Program-made: the position numbers and the translations under genes
Shown: positions 12,553 to 24,819 of the stretch, piece after piece
Layout of the letters: each line of letters begins with the position of its first letter
Position numbering within the stretch: position 1 is the stretch's first letter
Notes under the pieces: generated by a model
Told to the model about the DNA's origin: nothing
The model's database searches: none
Seen by the model: the letters and a program-made list of their open reading frames with translations, nothing else
Assembly: GCA_951406725.2 (NCBI GenBank)
Contig: OX597818.1
Location: forward strand, 113,336,001-113,400,000
DNA: 64,000 nt
DNA from: Octopus vulgaris
Taxonomy: Eukaryota
Reading direction: 5' to 3'

Positions 12553-13229
12553 GGTATTGTCTTCAAAATACGTTTAATATACTTTGTAGCATATTATGTT
12601 TGCATAACGATTGTATATTTATATTTATATTCCACGACACAATATATATACGCGTCTGTGCAGGTAATATCAAAAATGTTTTTCCTGTTCAGGTGTTTTA
12701 TTAAGAAATTCCCACCATTTTACTTCTAACTACATTTATATCTCTCCATCTCTCTCTCCCTTCTTTCCTTCTCTCTTTCTCTTCCCTCTCTCTCTCTCTC
12801 CCCTTTGTCCTTCTCTCCTTCCTCCCTCCCCTTTCTCTCTCCCCCCTCTCTCTCTCTCACAATATTTGTCGTCCAACCATTAACTTACGATTATTTTCTC
12901 GCTGAACCTCATAAATATATTATCTGCTGTTCCTTTCCTTATCTTTCTCCTTTTTTCCTTCATGAAATGACCCACTTTTCAGTTTAACAATTTTCAGGTT
13001 TCATACTATTTTCTTCTCCAAAACACTCTTCATTCTTCATTTTGTCAATCCAATTCTTTTACTCTCTCTGTTCCTGTCGATACACATGTGTGTTTGTCTA
13101 TGTGTGCGAGTGAACGTGTATGTATATGTGTGTGTGCCTGTGTGCATGTATATCTTTATATACATCTATCTATATATACATGTATGTGTGTGTATGCGCG
13201 CGTGCATCTGTATGTATATATATGCGCGC

Positions 13230-13264
<35 letters not shown>

Positions 13265-13916
13265 TGCATATGTGTATGTATTTATATGCGTAAGTATATT
13301 GAATATATATTTACTCTGTGAATTATCGCAAATTCCAAAGACCTCCCATCAGCTTCCGTATGCATAAGTTTAAAATTGATAAATCACTCTTAATGATTTT
13401 TATATACTATAAAAGAGTAAACATTTCGTTCTGCAATTTATATTGTTCTCTATCAGATAAGGCTTTAATTGACATTAACTCCCACTATAACCTTAACGGC
13501 AATACTATCAGCACAGCTTAATGATTATGTCATTAGAACCAGCGTTTCTAAACTAGACAATGAAGTCGAAACAACGACCATCATCACCACCTGCAATTAG
13601 CGTTCACTTGTGGTGACAATAAAAATGAAATCACTACTACCACATCTCACTTTATCTGCAATCCATAACGACGCCATCATTATCAACGTGCGTCCAACCA
13701 TCAGCACCTCCACTGTTATTATTCTTAATGCAGCCCACTTTGCAACTAACGTCATCACCTGACTTTGACTGAATCTGATTTTGACCGTGCCGTTTGAAAG
13801 TTGAATAAAAGCACGCGTATTCAAGACTTAAAATGCACCAATCTCGCCAACAACCAGGCAAAAAGAAACTTCCAGTTCAAGAGATGTAGAGTCATAGGTT
13901 CCGTGGGAAAATCTGT

Positions 13917-14362
13917 TTAAGATCCAATGAAACAACTCTCAGTCCCTGAGATGAATTGGACAAATGCCCTAAAGGTAATACCGGAGACAGCTGGATGGTT
14001 TTCCAGTTGGATACACACTATTTCAAGGCAATGTTTTTGTTTCAACGCTAAGAGTAGCAACTCTGTTGACATTTCACGGTTACCATGACAAGCAAAGTGT
14101 TTCCTTCTTTGCGTGCAAATTGAAAGGTGTATCAATGGAAAAGAATTACAAAAAGATAATTTCTGCAAGCGTTTTAAATGCACAAGTCTCTGATATCCAA
14201 TTGGGTGAAAAGTGTCAGCAGAAGGGCACCCGGGAATCGTGATCTTGATGTGGCTTGGCCTTCTTTGAGTGTCAGAATTTAAGTGCCGGAACATATGCCT
14301 GAGGTGGGTTTCGTCTCTAATGATGTGTTGTTCAGCTGTCTTGAGAGTTTCTTGCCCCAAGC
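13917..14362 (-). CDS. Terminal coding exon of an uncharacterised spliced gene
   Basis: Acceptor ttggtttcattgtag|GC at 14364-14363; 148 open non-repetitive codons to TAA at 13917; phase 1 joins the upstream exon as T|GC = Cys (…KRCLGQETLK…). Confidence 0.7.
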
Positions 14363-15041
14363 CTACAATGAAACCAACATCATTAATACTACGATAAACT
14401 GTTATAGACTAGACCTGATCAACGATCAGCCATGTTATCTTGACTTTATCCAGTTATCTTGTTATTTTGACTTTCTGTCATTCCATCTCCATACGCCTAA
14501 TATTCTCATAAATGACCTCATCACTACTCAGTAAAAAGTTATGCATCAATGAATGTCACCACCCCCACTCCTGGTAGTACAAACAGCTAGAAAAACCATA
14601 CTGCTTTTGAAAGTAGAAGCCATTTGTTACTGTAATACCCTGGGCAACCAGCTACGCAACAAGGAAAAGATGAATTGATCAAAGTTGGAATAATTGTTGT
14701 TCATATACATATTGGTACTAGAAACCTCAGTTTAAGTAAGAAAAATGACTTCAACGATACACACAGAATATTCCCATGGCAACCAAACTCTCCTTTACTT
14801 TTATCATTTATTCATATTGCCTGTCAAAACCATCGCAGTTTTCTTATTACAATCGTCAGTCATTGTTTTTATGCTCAAATATATTCTCAAGATACTCAGG
14901 CAGATGTGCAGACATTATATGCATGTGCTCATGCGCACGCTTGTGTATGTGTGTCTGGGTGTGCGTAACTGTATAAAATAGCTTTTCAGTCTTAGTTCTT
15001 ATTTTCTTTTTTATTTCTTTCCAACTGATGTATGTAAATAA

Positions 15042-15076
<35 letters not shown>

Positions 15077-15601
15077 TGTATGTATGTATGTATGTATGTA
15101 TGCATGTGTGTATGTATCGACATACAGACAAACAGATAGACTAGATAGGTAGACATAGAGATAGACAGATATATATATATATAGATAGATAAGTAGGTAG
15201 GTAGGTAGGTAGGATGATAGATAGATAGATAGAGAGAGAGAGATAGGAATGTGGTAAGTTGTACTGACCGTGTTCCAATCGTCGTTTCGATTCCCAAGTA
15301 GGTGGTGTATTGAGTTGTTTAGCAAAAGACTTCTTTTCACATTGCTCCTGTCCACTTTGCTGTAAATGTCTAACGCTGAGACGGTCTGGCTGTCTGTTCA
15401 TTTAGTGGCATCATTAATACTAACAGTATTAACAGAAATCTATACGAAAATCTGCTTATCTCTCTATAAAAGTACTGTCTAGGTGAGGGCAGTGCTTTTG
15501 TACGCGTAGGGTAGCTGTTCTGCCTACATCTCAGCCAAGCGTCACATACTTCCTTTCTATGTCTTATAGTTTATTCAACCATCCCAGGCGTATCTACTCA
15601 C

Positions 15602-15801
15602 ACCTTTTGCAGTTTGACGCAAGAAAATGCATCGTTTTCGTCTGTTGATTAACCTTAAGCGTAGATAAGTGTTTCTTCCCAAGAGGAAAAATGCTGAACA
15701 TAGCTGGCACGACAACGTCAATTAGTTTACGATTTTCAATGTTGAAATAAAGGATATTGTAGTGAGCCTTAAGATAGACGCGGCTCACAATTACACCCTC
15801 C
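15602..15801 (-). CDS. Internal 200-nt coding exon of the same gene
   Basis: Branch-like gctaac plus acceptor atatacag|G (15803-15802); donor T|gtgagt (15601); open frame EGVIVSRVYLKAHYNILYFNIENRKLIDVVVPAMFSIFPLGKKHLSTLKVNQQTKTMHFLASNCKR. Confidence 0.72.
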
Positions 15802-15925
15802 CTGTATATGTTAGCAAAAAACATTGTAATAAAAGCAATCTGGCATAACAGTTGATAATGCTATTGTATTGTGTAAATTCTACACTGTAGACCAGTGCTT
15901 TTCAAACTTTATAGAAAAATGTTAC

Positions 15926-15970
15926 CATCTTCTTAAAGCTGTTACTACGTAAACAATTATCTGACGATTG
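15926..15970 (-). CDS. Internal 45-nt coding exon of the same gene
   Basis: Acceptor tgtttttaaatgttttatag| and donor ATG|gtaaca; phase 2-2 reads NRQIIVYVVTALRR and joins TG|G = Trp to the 200-nt exon. Confidence 0.55.
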
Positions 15971-16099
15971 CTATAAAACATTTAAAAACACTTGTAATAT
16001 TGTAATATGTAATAATTGTAAAAAATCTGAAAATACAAAAATAAAATGCGAAAATCGGATAATATTGCAACGTGATCGACAAATATATTATCTATATAG

Positions 16100-16510
16100 A
16101 CGTAGGAGTGGCTGTGTGGTAAGTAGCTTGCTTACGAACCACATGGTTCCAGATTCAGTCCCACTGTGTGGCACCTTGGGCAAGTGTCTTCTACAATAGC
16201 CTTGGGCCGACCAAAGCCATGTGAATGGATTTGTTAGACGGAAACTGAAAGAAGTCCGTCATATATATATGTATATATATTGTGTGTGTGTGTGTTTGTG
16301 TCTCTGTGTTTATCCCCCCCCCCACAACATCACTTGACAACCTATGTTGGTGTGTTTCCGTCCCCGTAAAGCTAGCGGTTCGGCAAAAGAGCCCGATAGA
16401 ATAACTACTAGGCTTAGAAAGAATAAGTCCTGGGGACGATTTGCTCGACTAAAAGGCGGTGCTCCAGCATGACCACAGTCACATGACTGAAACAAGCAAA
16501 AGAATAAAAG
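16100..16510 (+). mobile_element. Full-length family B SINE
   Basis: gtaggagtggctgtgtggtaagtagcttgctt...(TA)(TG)...ggcggtgctccagcatgaccacagtc. Confidence 0.93.
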
Positions 16511-16549
16511 AATATACACAATTTTACACACCCTGAAAAAATATATACG

Positions 16550-16599
<50 letters not shown>

Positions 16600-17461
16600 T
16601 GCATAAATGTATACTCGCGCACATTCATACATATGCACATGTAAATATAAAATCCAAAACAAATACCTAAGACATTATGTATTCTGCTTTTAACACGCAC
16701 GATATCATTCATGATACTATTTATTCTAAAGTTAACATGCAGATTCGCAAATATATGTTCACATTATTCTATTAATCACACTCTCTGAATTTCGAAATAT
16801 CTTAATTACGCTCTTTCGCGCAATAATCGCGCTTCTTCATTTCATATCTGATGACATTTCCGTGTAATAGCTCCCAGGTTGATTCGTTCACATGATTCAT
16901 ATTCTATTATAATTTAAAGTGTTACAACATGTTGTTCGCTTCTTCGTTTATTTATTTTTCTCTCCTTTTAACAAATCTTAGCTTTCTATATATATTTATT
17001 ACCATTTTCATTACTTTCGTTTCAATATTAATTTAAAAGTTCTCGTTTACGTACTACTGCTAACTTGATACTATAAATGTTAAAACATGAGAACTGTCGA
17101 GTTATGCTATGTTTAAAGAGAACGGTTTAAAGACAGTGTTTTTTCTTAATCAGTCAAAGTTGAGTGAGTATGTGTGATAAAGATTATTCTGTTTATTTTC
17201 AGTTATAATATAAACAATTTACATTAATCTGATTGGTTACTTTATACTTTTGTAGAATGCGAATTTATTAGTGTTATATCAGAAGGTTGTTGACAGTGAC
17301 TTCGAAATTTCCGCCAGTTAGGCCATCGTCCAGCGATGCAAATTTAGTCAACATCATTCTCATATGAGACTAGAATATGCGTGTGTGTGTATGTATATAT
17401 ATATATATTCATACACGCACACACATATATATAAACACACACATACATATATAGATAGATA

Positions 17462-17603
17462 TTCTTTTATTCTGTTATTTATTTCAGTCATTTGATTGCG
17501 GCCATGGACTTATTGTATCGGTCGTTTTTGCCGAACCGCTAAGGGATGGGGACGTAAACACACTAACATCAGTTGTCAAGCGATGTTGGGATGACAAACA
17601 CAG

Positions 17604-17657
<54 letters not shown>

Positions 17658-17774
17658 GACCGGCTTCTTTCAGTTTCTGTCTAACAAATCCATTCACAAG
17701 CCTTGGTCGGCCCGAGGTTATAGCAGAAGACTGAACCCGGAACCATGTGATTGGGAAGCAAGCTTCTTGCCACA

Positions 17775-17780
<6 letters not shown>
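17462..17780 (-). mobile_element. Family B SINE (internally deleted)
   Basis: Reverse complement of the family B tail, internal microsatellite and head. Confidence 0.88.
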
Positions 17781-17863
<83 letters not shown>

Positions 17864-18814
17864 AATGTATGTATATAAATATGAATGTATATGTATGTAT
17901 GTGTATATATATATGTGTGTGTGTGTGTATGTGTGTGTGTAGATAAATAATGTGTATATATAGAGAGAGGGAGAGGGTGAGAGAGATGCATATATGCATG
18001 CAAATGATTCAGCCGTGAATATTGAATGGTTAATACTTAGAGTTGCAAGAATTGATATACATAGCTTATTAAAAGCTGGTTCAGCACAGTTAATTACGCT
18101 TTGTTTCCGATCGCTGAATAATTATGAAGAATGGAAAATAAAAATATAAATAATATACGCACAAAGCCTAAAATTTGGGAAAATAGACCGGCGAGTGCAT
18201 AGTCTGCAGTTCTTAACTGATATTCTGTGTACTCAACCACGGAACAATAAAAGATAAGGTTGACTTCGGCTTAAATTCAGCTGAGAACATAAGGCGTCTG
18301 AATCAATATCCACAAAATGTTTTCTCTCTTCTCTTTCCCGAGGAGGACTAGCGCAAATAAGCAGACGAACGTCCGTAACAGGTTTTGGTCGAATGACTTA
18401 GAATGGTACATTAGGAATTTAGAGGCTGACAATAGACAATATAACCGTTATATGAACAATAAACTGAGAGCGAACGTTTGGAGATTTGCCACTAAAAAGA
18501 ACCTAAGAAATGGTAATAATGAATATAAGAAATAATTTCGGAATATGAAGAACTGGCTGTATAAATCATGACATGTAAGAACAGAAATAATGGTAGGAGA
18601 GTCAAAAAATTTGAGTTTTGAAGGGGAAACATATCAAAATATGTTTAAACATGTTTAAAGGTTAAAACTTGAAGAGAAAAATAATCTTGCAGTGAATTTT
18701 CCTGGATTATCCGCCTGGATGCTTGTAGTTAGAAATCAAACGTTTTGAAGTATGACATTCAACGCATCATGAGCAATAATAATAATGATAATAATAATAA
18801 TAATAATAACAATA

Positions 18815-19217
18815 AATGCCTTGATGCAGTACCAGGCAGTGACTCTCCTGGCTTCTGAGCTTAACTGATTGGAAGTGTTATCATGTACATTGTTTTGTGT
18901 TGGTATAAAAGATGGGCTACAGCAAATATTCTGCTCAATACCACAGATTTGCTTGTCAGTCGTTTGACCTTAACCAGTTGAGCATTCCCTTGGTGGCTGA
19001 CGATATGTGCATCTCTGACCACGAGCAGAAGTAGTGGGGGAGCATCATAGCCTTGTGATGAGAGGGATTCTGTGGAGTCTGAATTGTTCACCTCTCGAAA
19101 CATGGGTTGTTTCCTTAAACAACCCTTATTCAGGGACCTTTTGAGCGGGATGGGTTACTCGACCAGAAGAAAATTCTAACTAGGCCCCACTTGCAACGTC
19201 ATGTGCTGCTTATCTTG
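18815..19217. mobile_element. Unclassified repeat-like block with (AAT)n tracts on both sides
   Basis: Compositionally distinct ~400-bp block with (AAT)n at 18775-18814 and 19263-19314; single copy in this window; no convincing ORF. Confidence 0.35.
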
Positions 19218-19263
19218 CGAACATTCTGAGAAGACCAAATATTCTGAGAAGTAAAACAACAAC

Positions 19264-19315
<52 letters not shown>

Positions 19316-19599
19316 GACGTCAGTGTTTGTTTGCAATGTACGGTGTTTTTGTTACTTGAAGTCTTATTTGTTTTTTGTTGTTTTTTTTTATTATTCGCTG
19401 AATATAACATAGATTATTAGCGACGATATTTATCTTTGAATAGGTGAGTTTAAGTGAAATGAGTATAAATATATTATTATGAGGGCGCGTAGATTATTGG
19501 CAAGGGGGTTCGGTTCATCATCTTAGAAAAAACTGATTAAGAAAAGTATGAAATTCCATATGGAAATGGTGTATCAGATTATTAAGTGTGTCTGGTCAA

Positions 19600-19760
19600 A
19601 ATATGAATAAATAAAGTCACCTTTACCTTTTTTCGTATGTTCTTTAATACGATCCTAAAACACTTTCTGTGTCTGAGCAGATGTGCGTGGGTGAACATAT
19701 TACGACAGAATATTTAAAACAAACAGAATAACATTAGTTTTTATTTCGGAAACATCTTAG
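19600..19760 (-). mobile_element. Highly decayed Penelope-like GIY-YIG fragment
   Basis: Minus strand with frameshifts: KTNVI…C..THI.QTQKVF*DRIKEHTKK, resembling YIGQT…RIKEH. Confidence 0.35.
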
Positions 19761-20912
19761 ATATTCTGTGTAGCTGGATGTTATAATCAATATCAGATGA
19801 CAACGTCTTCCTTTGTGGCCAAGCGTTGTAAATAATGTGTGTGATATAGCGCCATTAGTGTTAAAGTATAAGAAATCTATGTCAAGGATTCTCTGAAGAT
19901 CGCACCATAGCTAAATTTCCGAGCAATATCAATGAATTTGTCGTTCTATTTCATTTTTATTTCATCATAACATATGCGAGGTGTCCAGTCAATTGACCTC
20001 AAGTAAGTACATCATTGTAATACAAACTAATGGTCGCTGATTCAAGATTCTATAATTAGGTTTCTTTGAATAAAGAGTTATGCAAAAACTTCAGAACTTT
20101 GATCTTGTTAGAGGAAACCAATATTATTCGCAGAAAGAATAGATTCGATCTATGTTCCGAATTGCAGAGAAATATCAGATTAGCTCAGTACTGCACTATC
20201 ATATTGTACCACATTTTTCTCTATCTCATTCCTATTCTCTCTCATGCGTTCTTTATATTTTACATTACTAAATAAGTGGCGAGTATATGTTTTGTATTTC
20301 CATTTTAAAATTTGTCCAAACTTATTTTGAATAAAAGAAAAAAATGTGGTAAATATAATTATAGATAATGGTAAAAAAAAAAAGCACAAAGAAATTTCCG
20401 CTTGAAATATTCGTTAAAATATCACTGGAATTCTGACAATCAAAGATGCAATGATCTATCTTTTGTTAGATCATGTGCCATTACCTAAAGTCTTAACAAA
20501 TAACTCTGATAAAATATCTATGACGCTTTTTTTTATTCGTCATACTAAATAGAAGTTCAGAAGCAAAAACTGACATTTTCTTGCATTTAATTTATTTACA
20601 AAGAATCAATACGAAAAAGTTATATAGTCATACAGATTTATCTTGAATTCAGAAACAAAAAAAGACTACACAGGAGGAAAAATACCAAATTTTATGAAAA
20701 ACGCATTGATAACAAAAGTTATATCAACTCTCTTCAAGTAACTTTATTTAGAAATCGAAAAAATTTTCAAAATAAAAACGCGAAAAAGAAAGAAAATTCG
20801 ATTACGTAATTATACAAGTTATCTGCGTTTCCAACTGCAGAATTGATGTACGCATATTTTTGTTAAAGTAAGCTAAGATGAAGTTTAAGCAATGCAATAA
20901 CAAACCAATTAC

Positions 20913-21011
20913 CTAAAAATTTAGCTTCCAACGAGAATGCTATTATGAATCGAAAATGGTTTGCTACGCTGTACCCTTTTACATATTCTAGCTTTCTTTC
21001 ATAGAATACGT
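20913..21011 (-). CDS. Probable 99-nt coding exon (phase 1-1), likely of the same minus-strand gene
   Basis: Acceptor attaatttcacag| and donor TTAG|gtaatt; only one open frame, VFYERKLEYVKGYSVANHFRFIIAFSLEAKFL. It needs an intervening phase 1-2 exon to join 15970. Confidence 0.45.
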
Positions 21012-21034
21012 CTGTGAAATTAATAATAATAATA

Positions 21035-21081
<47 letters not shown>

Positions 21082-21094
21082 CATTTTATTCATT

Positions 21095-21500
21095 TATTCT
21101 TTTGCTTCAGTCATTTGACTGCGACCATGCTGGAGCACCACCATGCTCGAGCAAATCGACACCAGGACTTATTCTTTGTAAGCTTTGTACTTATTCTATT
21201 GTTCTCTTTTGCCGAACTGCTATGTTACGGGGACGTAAACACACCAACATTGGTGTCAAGCGATGGTAGGGGGACAAACACAGACACACAAGTACATACA
21301 TATATATAAATATATATATATATATATATGCGACAGGCATCTTTGAGTTTCCGTCTACCAAATCCATTCACAATGTTTGGGTCGGCCCGAGGCTAGAGTA
21401 GGTGGCACGCAGTGGGACTGAACCCGGAACCGTGAGCTTGGGAAGCAAGCTTCTTACCACACACCCATTCCTGCGCGTAACCACAGAGCCACTCCTGTGC
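21095..21500 (-). mobile_element. Family B SINE with a tandemly duplicated head segment
   Basis: Reverse-complement family B; accacacacccattcctgcgc followed by accacagagccactcctgtgc. Confidence 0.9.
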
Positions 21501-21545
<45 letters not shown>

Positions 21546-22449
21546 ACACGAAAGGGCGGAATAAACAGGCTTTAACGACAAAATGCAACAGCTGATTCTG
21601 TGCAGTGGTAACAGCTGTTAGTTTCTGAGTTTTCATTCTCATATCACGGCATAAATCATTTTAGAAGTAATCACATAAATCACTACGATCCAGCAGCGTC
21701 ACATTGTCAGCTCGGTGGCTTTGAAAACACTGCAGTGAGTAATTTATGAATTTGTTATTTTTTAGCCAAAGTTTGGTTGCGATTCGAGTATGACTATTCC
21801 AAATGTTACTAATATGTTGTTTTTTTCCTATAAAATAAACACCTTTTCATGATTTAAAAGTTCATCTTTTAATGCTACCAGCTCGAGTGGCTGCGCAGTA
21901 GCGGCTTTTAAATAATACCTTTCATGATTGAGGGATAATAACGTAGTCAGTTCTTAAAGGAAACGCTCCGTGGTCAAGATTATCAGATCGTAAAAGAACT
22001 ACTCACTTTGCAATGTTTACAAAGCTTGCCCTACATTACACTATCACTTGAAGTCGTGAAGTTAGGACTGTGGTACTGAGTTCGAACCTTACTTCAGTTT
22101 TGGTTTTTAGAGCGGGATAGATAGGTAGATAGATAGATAGATAGAGAGAGAGACAGACAGACAGACAGACAAATAAAACAAAATAGTTTTGAGGTACCTC
22201 GAATAGATTTTTTTTAAATACGCATGTGCTCCCAGGTTGCTTTCTACTTAGTAGTCTCATCTCCTCGAAAAAGCAGCCAAGTTTCCCTGAAACTAAATGC
22301 CAGCGTATTTGAAAGGAGTGTCAATTTAGATAATCAAGCAAGCAAGGCAAGCGTAGTATGGTGGGTAGAAAAATCGCTTCAAGAACATACTTAAAGTCTC
22401 ACTGAGATGCTTTGAGATCAACTCCGATACTTGCAAAACGCTAACATAA

Positions 22450-22706
22450 GACCTCCCAGCCCGACGATGCTGCACCAACAGAGGTGCCACCAACTACGAA
22501 CAGCACAAGATTATGGAGGCACAAAGAAAACGCCAACTACACAAGTCCATAGCCATCTCTTGCCTTCAGTGCCAACAGACTAACAGTAGACGACCTCCGA
22601 CAGAGCCTTCTGAGCACGTATCCGAATGATTGGCCGCAGCCGGACACACCGAGCCACACCTTTCTCTCCCTTGTCCTTGGTCATCGCTGACAACGACCGA
22701 CGAACT
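22450..22706 (+). mobile_element. RTE-clade LINE 3' end
   Basis: RGATNYEQHKIMEAQRKRQLHK…RAF*ARI.MIG.SRTH (decayed C2H2-like tail) followed by the gtcatcgctgacaacgaccgacgaac terminus. Confidence 0.7.
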
Positions 22707-23940
22707 AATATGCATGAAAATGCTGAATGTTATTGATCATATGTTCTGCTCAGTCAGAGCTGATCTGATGCTTAACAACGACACCCTTAATCATGTTATT
22801 AAGATGCATTTCTGAACTGCGAACAATCATCTCGAAGAGTAATATAAGATGCTTTTCGATACTGCTCAAGAATACCGAGCAGGAGACCTGACGGAATCGC
22901 TAGAGTTTTGGAAAAATTCCTTCAAGTATTTATTACGAGTCTTACGTTCTCAGTTCAAATCCAACGGAGGTTAACTTTGACGTTTTTCGATTCAGGTTAA
23001 ATACAATAAAGTACCTGCCAAAAACTATGGTTGATGATATCGATCAACGATCTTCCTTTACTGATATGTAATTTATTCCAATATGATTCAGTAGGGTAAC
23101 AACAGAAGGTATTAAATTTGTAACTGTGCTGTTGTTATTTTTTCAGACATAGTGTATCTAAGATAACGTACGGAAAATAAGGTACACGGTAGCTTGGGGC
23201 ACAATTGGTTGCGGCATCTAGCAGCGAACTGTTCTTGAGTCACCTTTTGATTTGATTTTTATCTGTAGTAGGTCAAGCAATTGCATAAATATTCCGACAT
23301 TGTGGGCAGATTGTTGTCAGCGAGGCACCACATGAGTGCGTGAAGAAAATTTAACAAGGAACCGATATAAGGTGATATTTTTTATTCATTGCTATCAATA
23401 CCTTTACTAAGGACAATACAAACACCCGGATTTGCTGATTTGCAGAAACAGTATCACGTTGAGGGAAAGATGTAAAAGCGTTTAGAAAATTTCGTTCAGA
23501 TTTATGAGTTGAAGCGTCAAGGTCGATTTTCCAATTTAGATTCCCGCATCAATACCACCAGTCCTATCCAGTGATTGATATAATCAGCGAGTCCTTCTGT
23601 TATGCTTTTAGCGGAAACTGTACAAAATAAATTTACAGTCCTCAGTGTTAAATTCAGTTCTGTCGTACTCAGCTTATCAGTAACACTATGTCAAAAACAT
23701 TATTTTTCTTTATCTTCCATTTATTAGATTAAAATTGACTCGAGAAAATAATTCGATCCTCATATATTTTTTTCATCGGAATTATACTTTATTCTCATCG
23801 TATTTGCAGAGCAACTGACAATTTTCTTTAAAATTTGTAGACATTATTTCTGTGTGTTTTTGTGTGTATGTTTATCCGTGTGTGAGTGTGCGTGTGCTTC
23901 AGTGCCTACTTCTATGTGTATATGTGTGCAGCTGACTGTG

Positions 23941-23942
<2 letters not shown>

Positions 23943-23974
<32 letters not shown>

Positions 23975-24071
23975 CGCACATTTATATATATATATATATA
24001 TAAAATGGCAGGGTGTACGTATGTATATCTGCATATATGCATACATATAGATGTATGTATATATACACATG

Positions 24072-24103
<32 letters not shown>

Positions 24104-24170
24104 TACATATATATATATATACATATATATACATATATATATATATACATATATATACATATATATATAC

Positions 24171-24269
<99 letters not shown>

Positions 24270-24292
24270 TATATACGCGCACACACACACAT
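23943..24292. repeat. Compound (TA)n/(TACA) microsatellite
   Basis: Direct reading. Confidence 0.95.
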
Positions 24293-24819
24293 ATATTAAT
24301 CTTTGTACATGGTCATATTATGGTAAATAGTCATACACAAATATCTACAACCTCGTCAGCGTCAGCGTCGTCGTCGTTTCATCATTTACATTCTCATACT
24401 TGGAAAAGAAGACAAAAGAACAAAAGTACATTGGAACAAAGTTTTCTACGGATTTTTTTTTGTCTCACGCTAACCCGTACCTGTTTCCAACAGAGATATC
24501 CATCTCCTAAGAAACCAGTAAGAAACTGCCTTGTCAGCATTAAGTCGAAAACTGACACAGTTCGAATAAACATTTTCTATTATAAAGATGGCACAACAAG
24601 CAGTCAGTTGTATGTGTTTTGGCAACGAACCGCAAGTAAATAGTATTGTCCATAATTAGCTCATTGCTTACAGACACTAACACAGAGAAAACAGCGGAAA
24701 ATCATTAATAGCTTACTCACACAAGACACACACACACACACACTGCAATTGATATGAGAAGGGAAAATCCACAGCCTTCTGCTGTATGCTATGAAATATG
24801 CTAAGTAAATACGGACACA

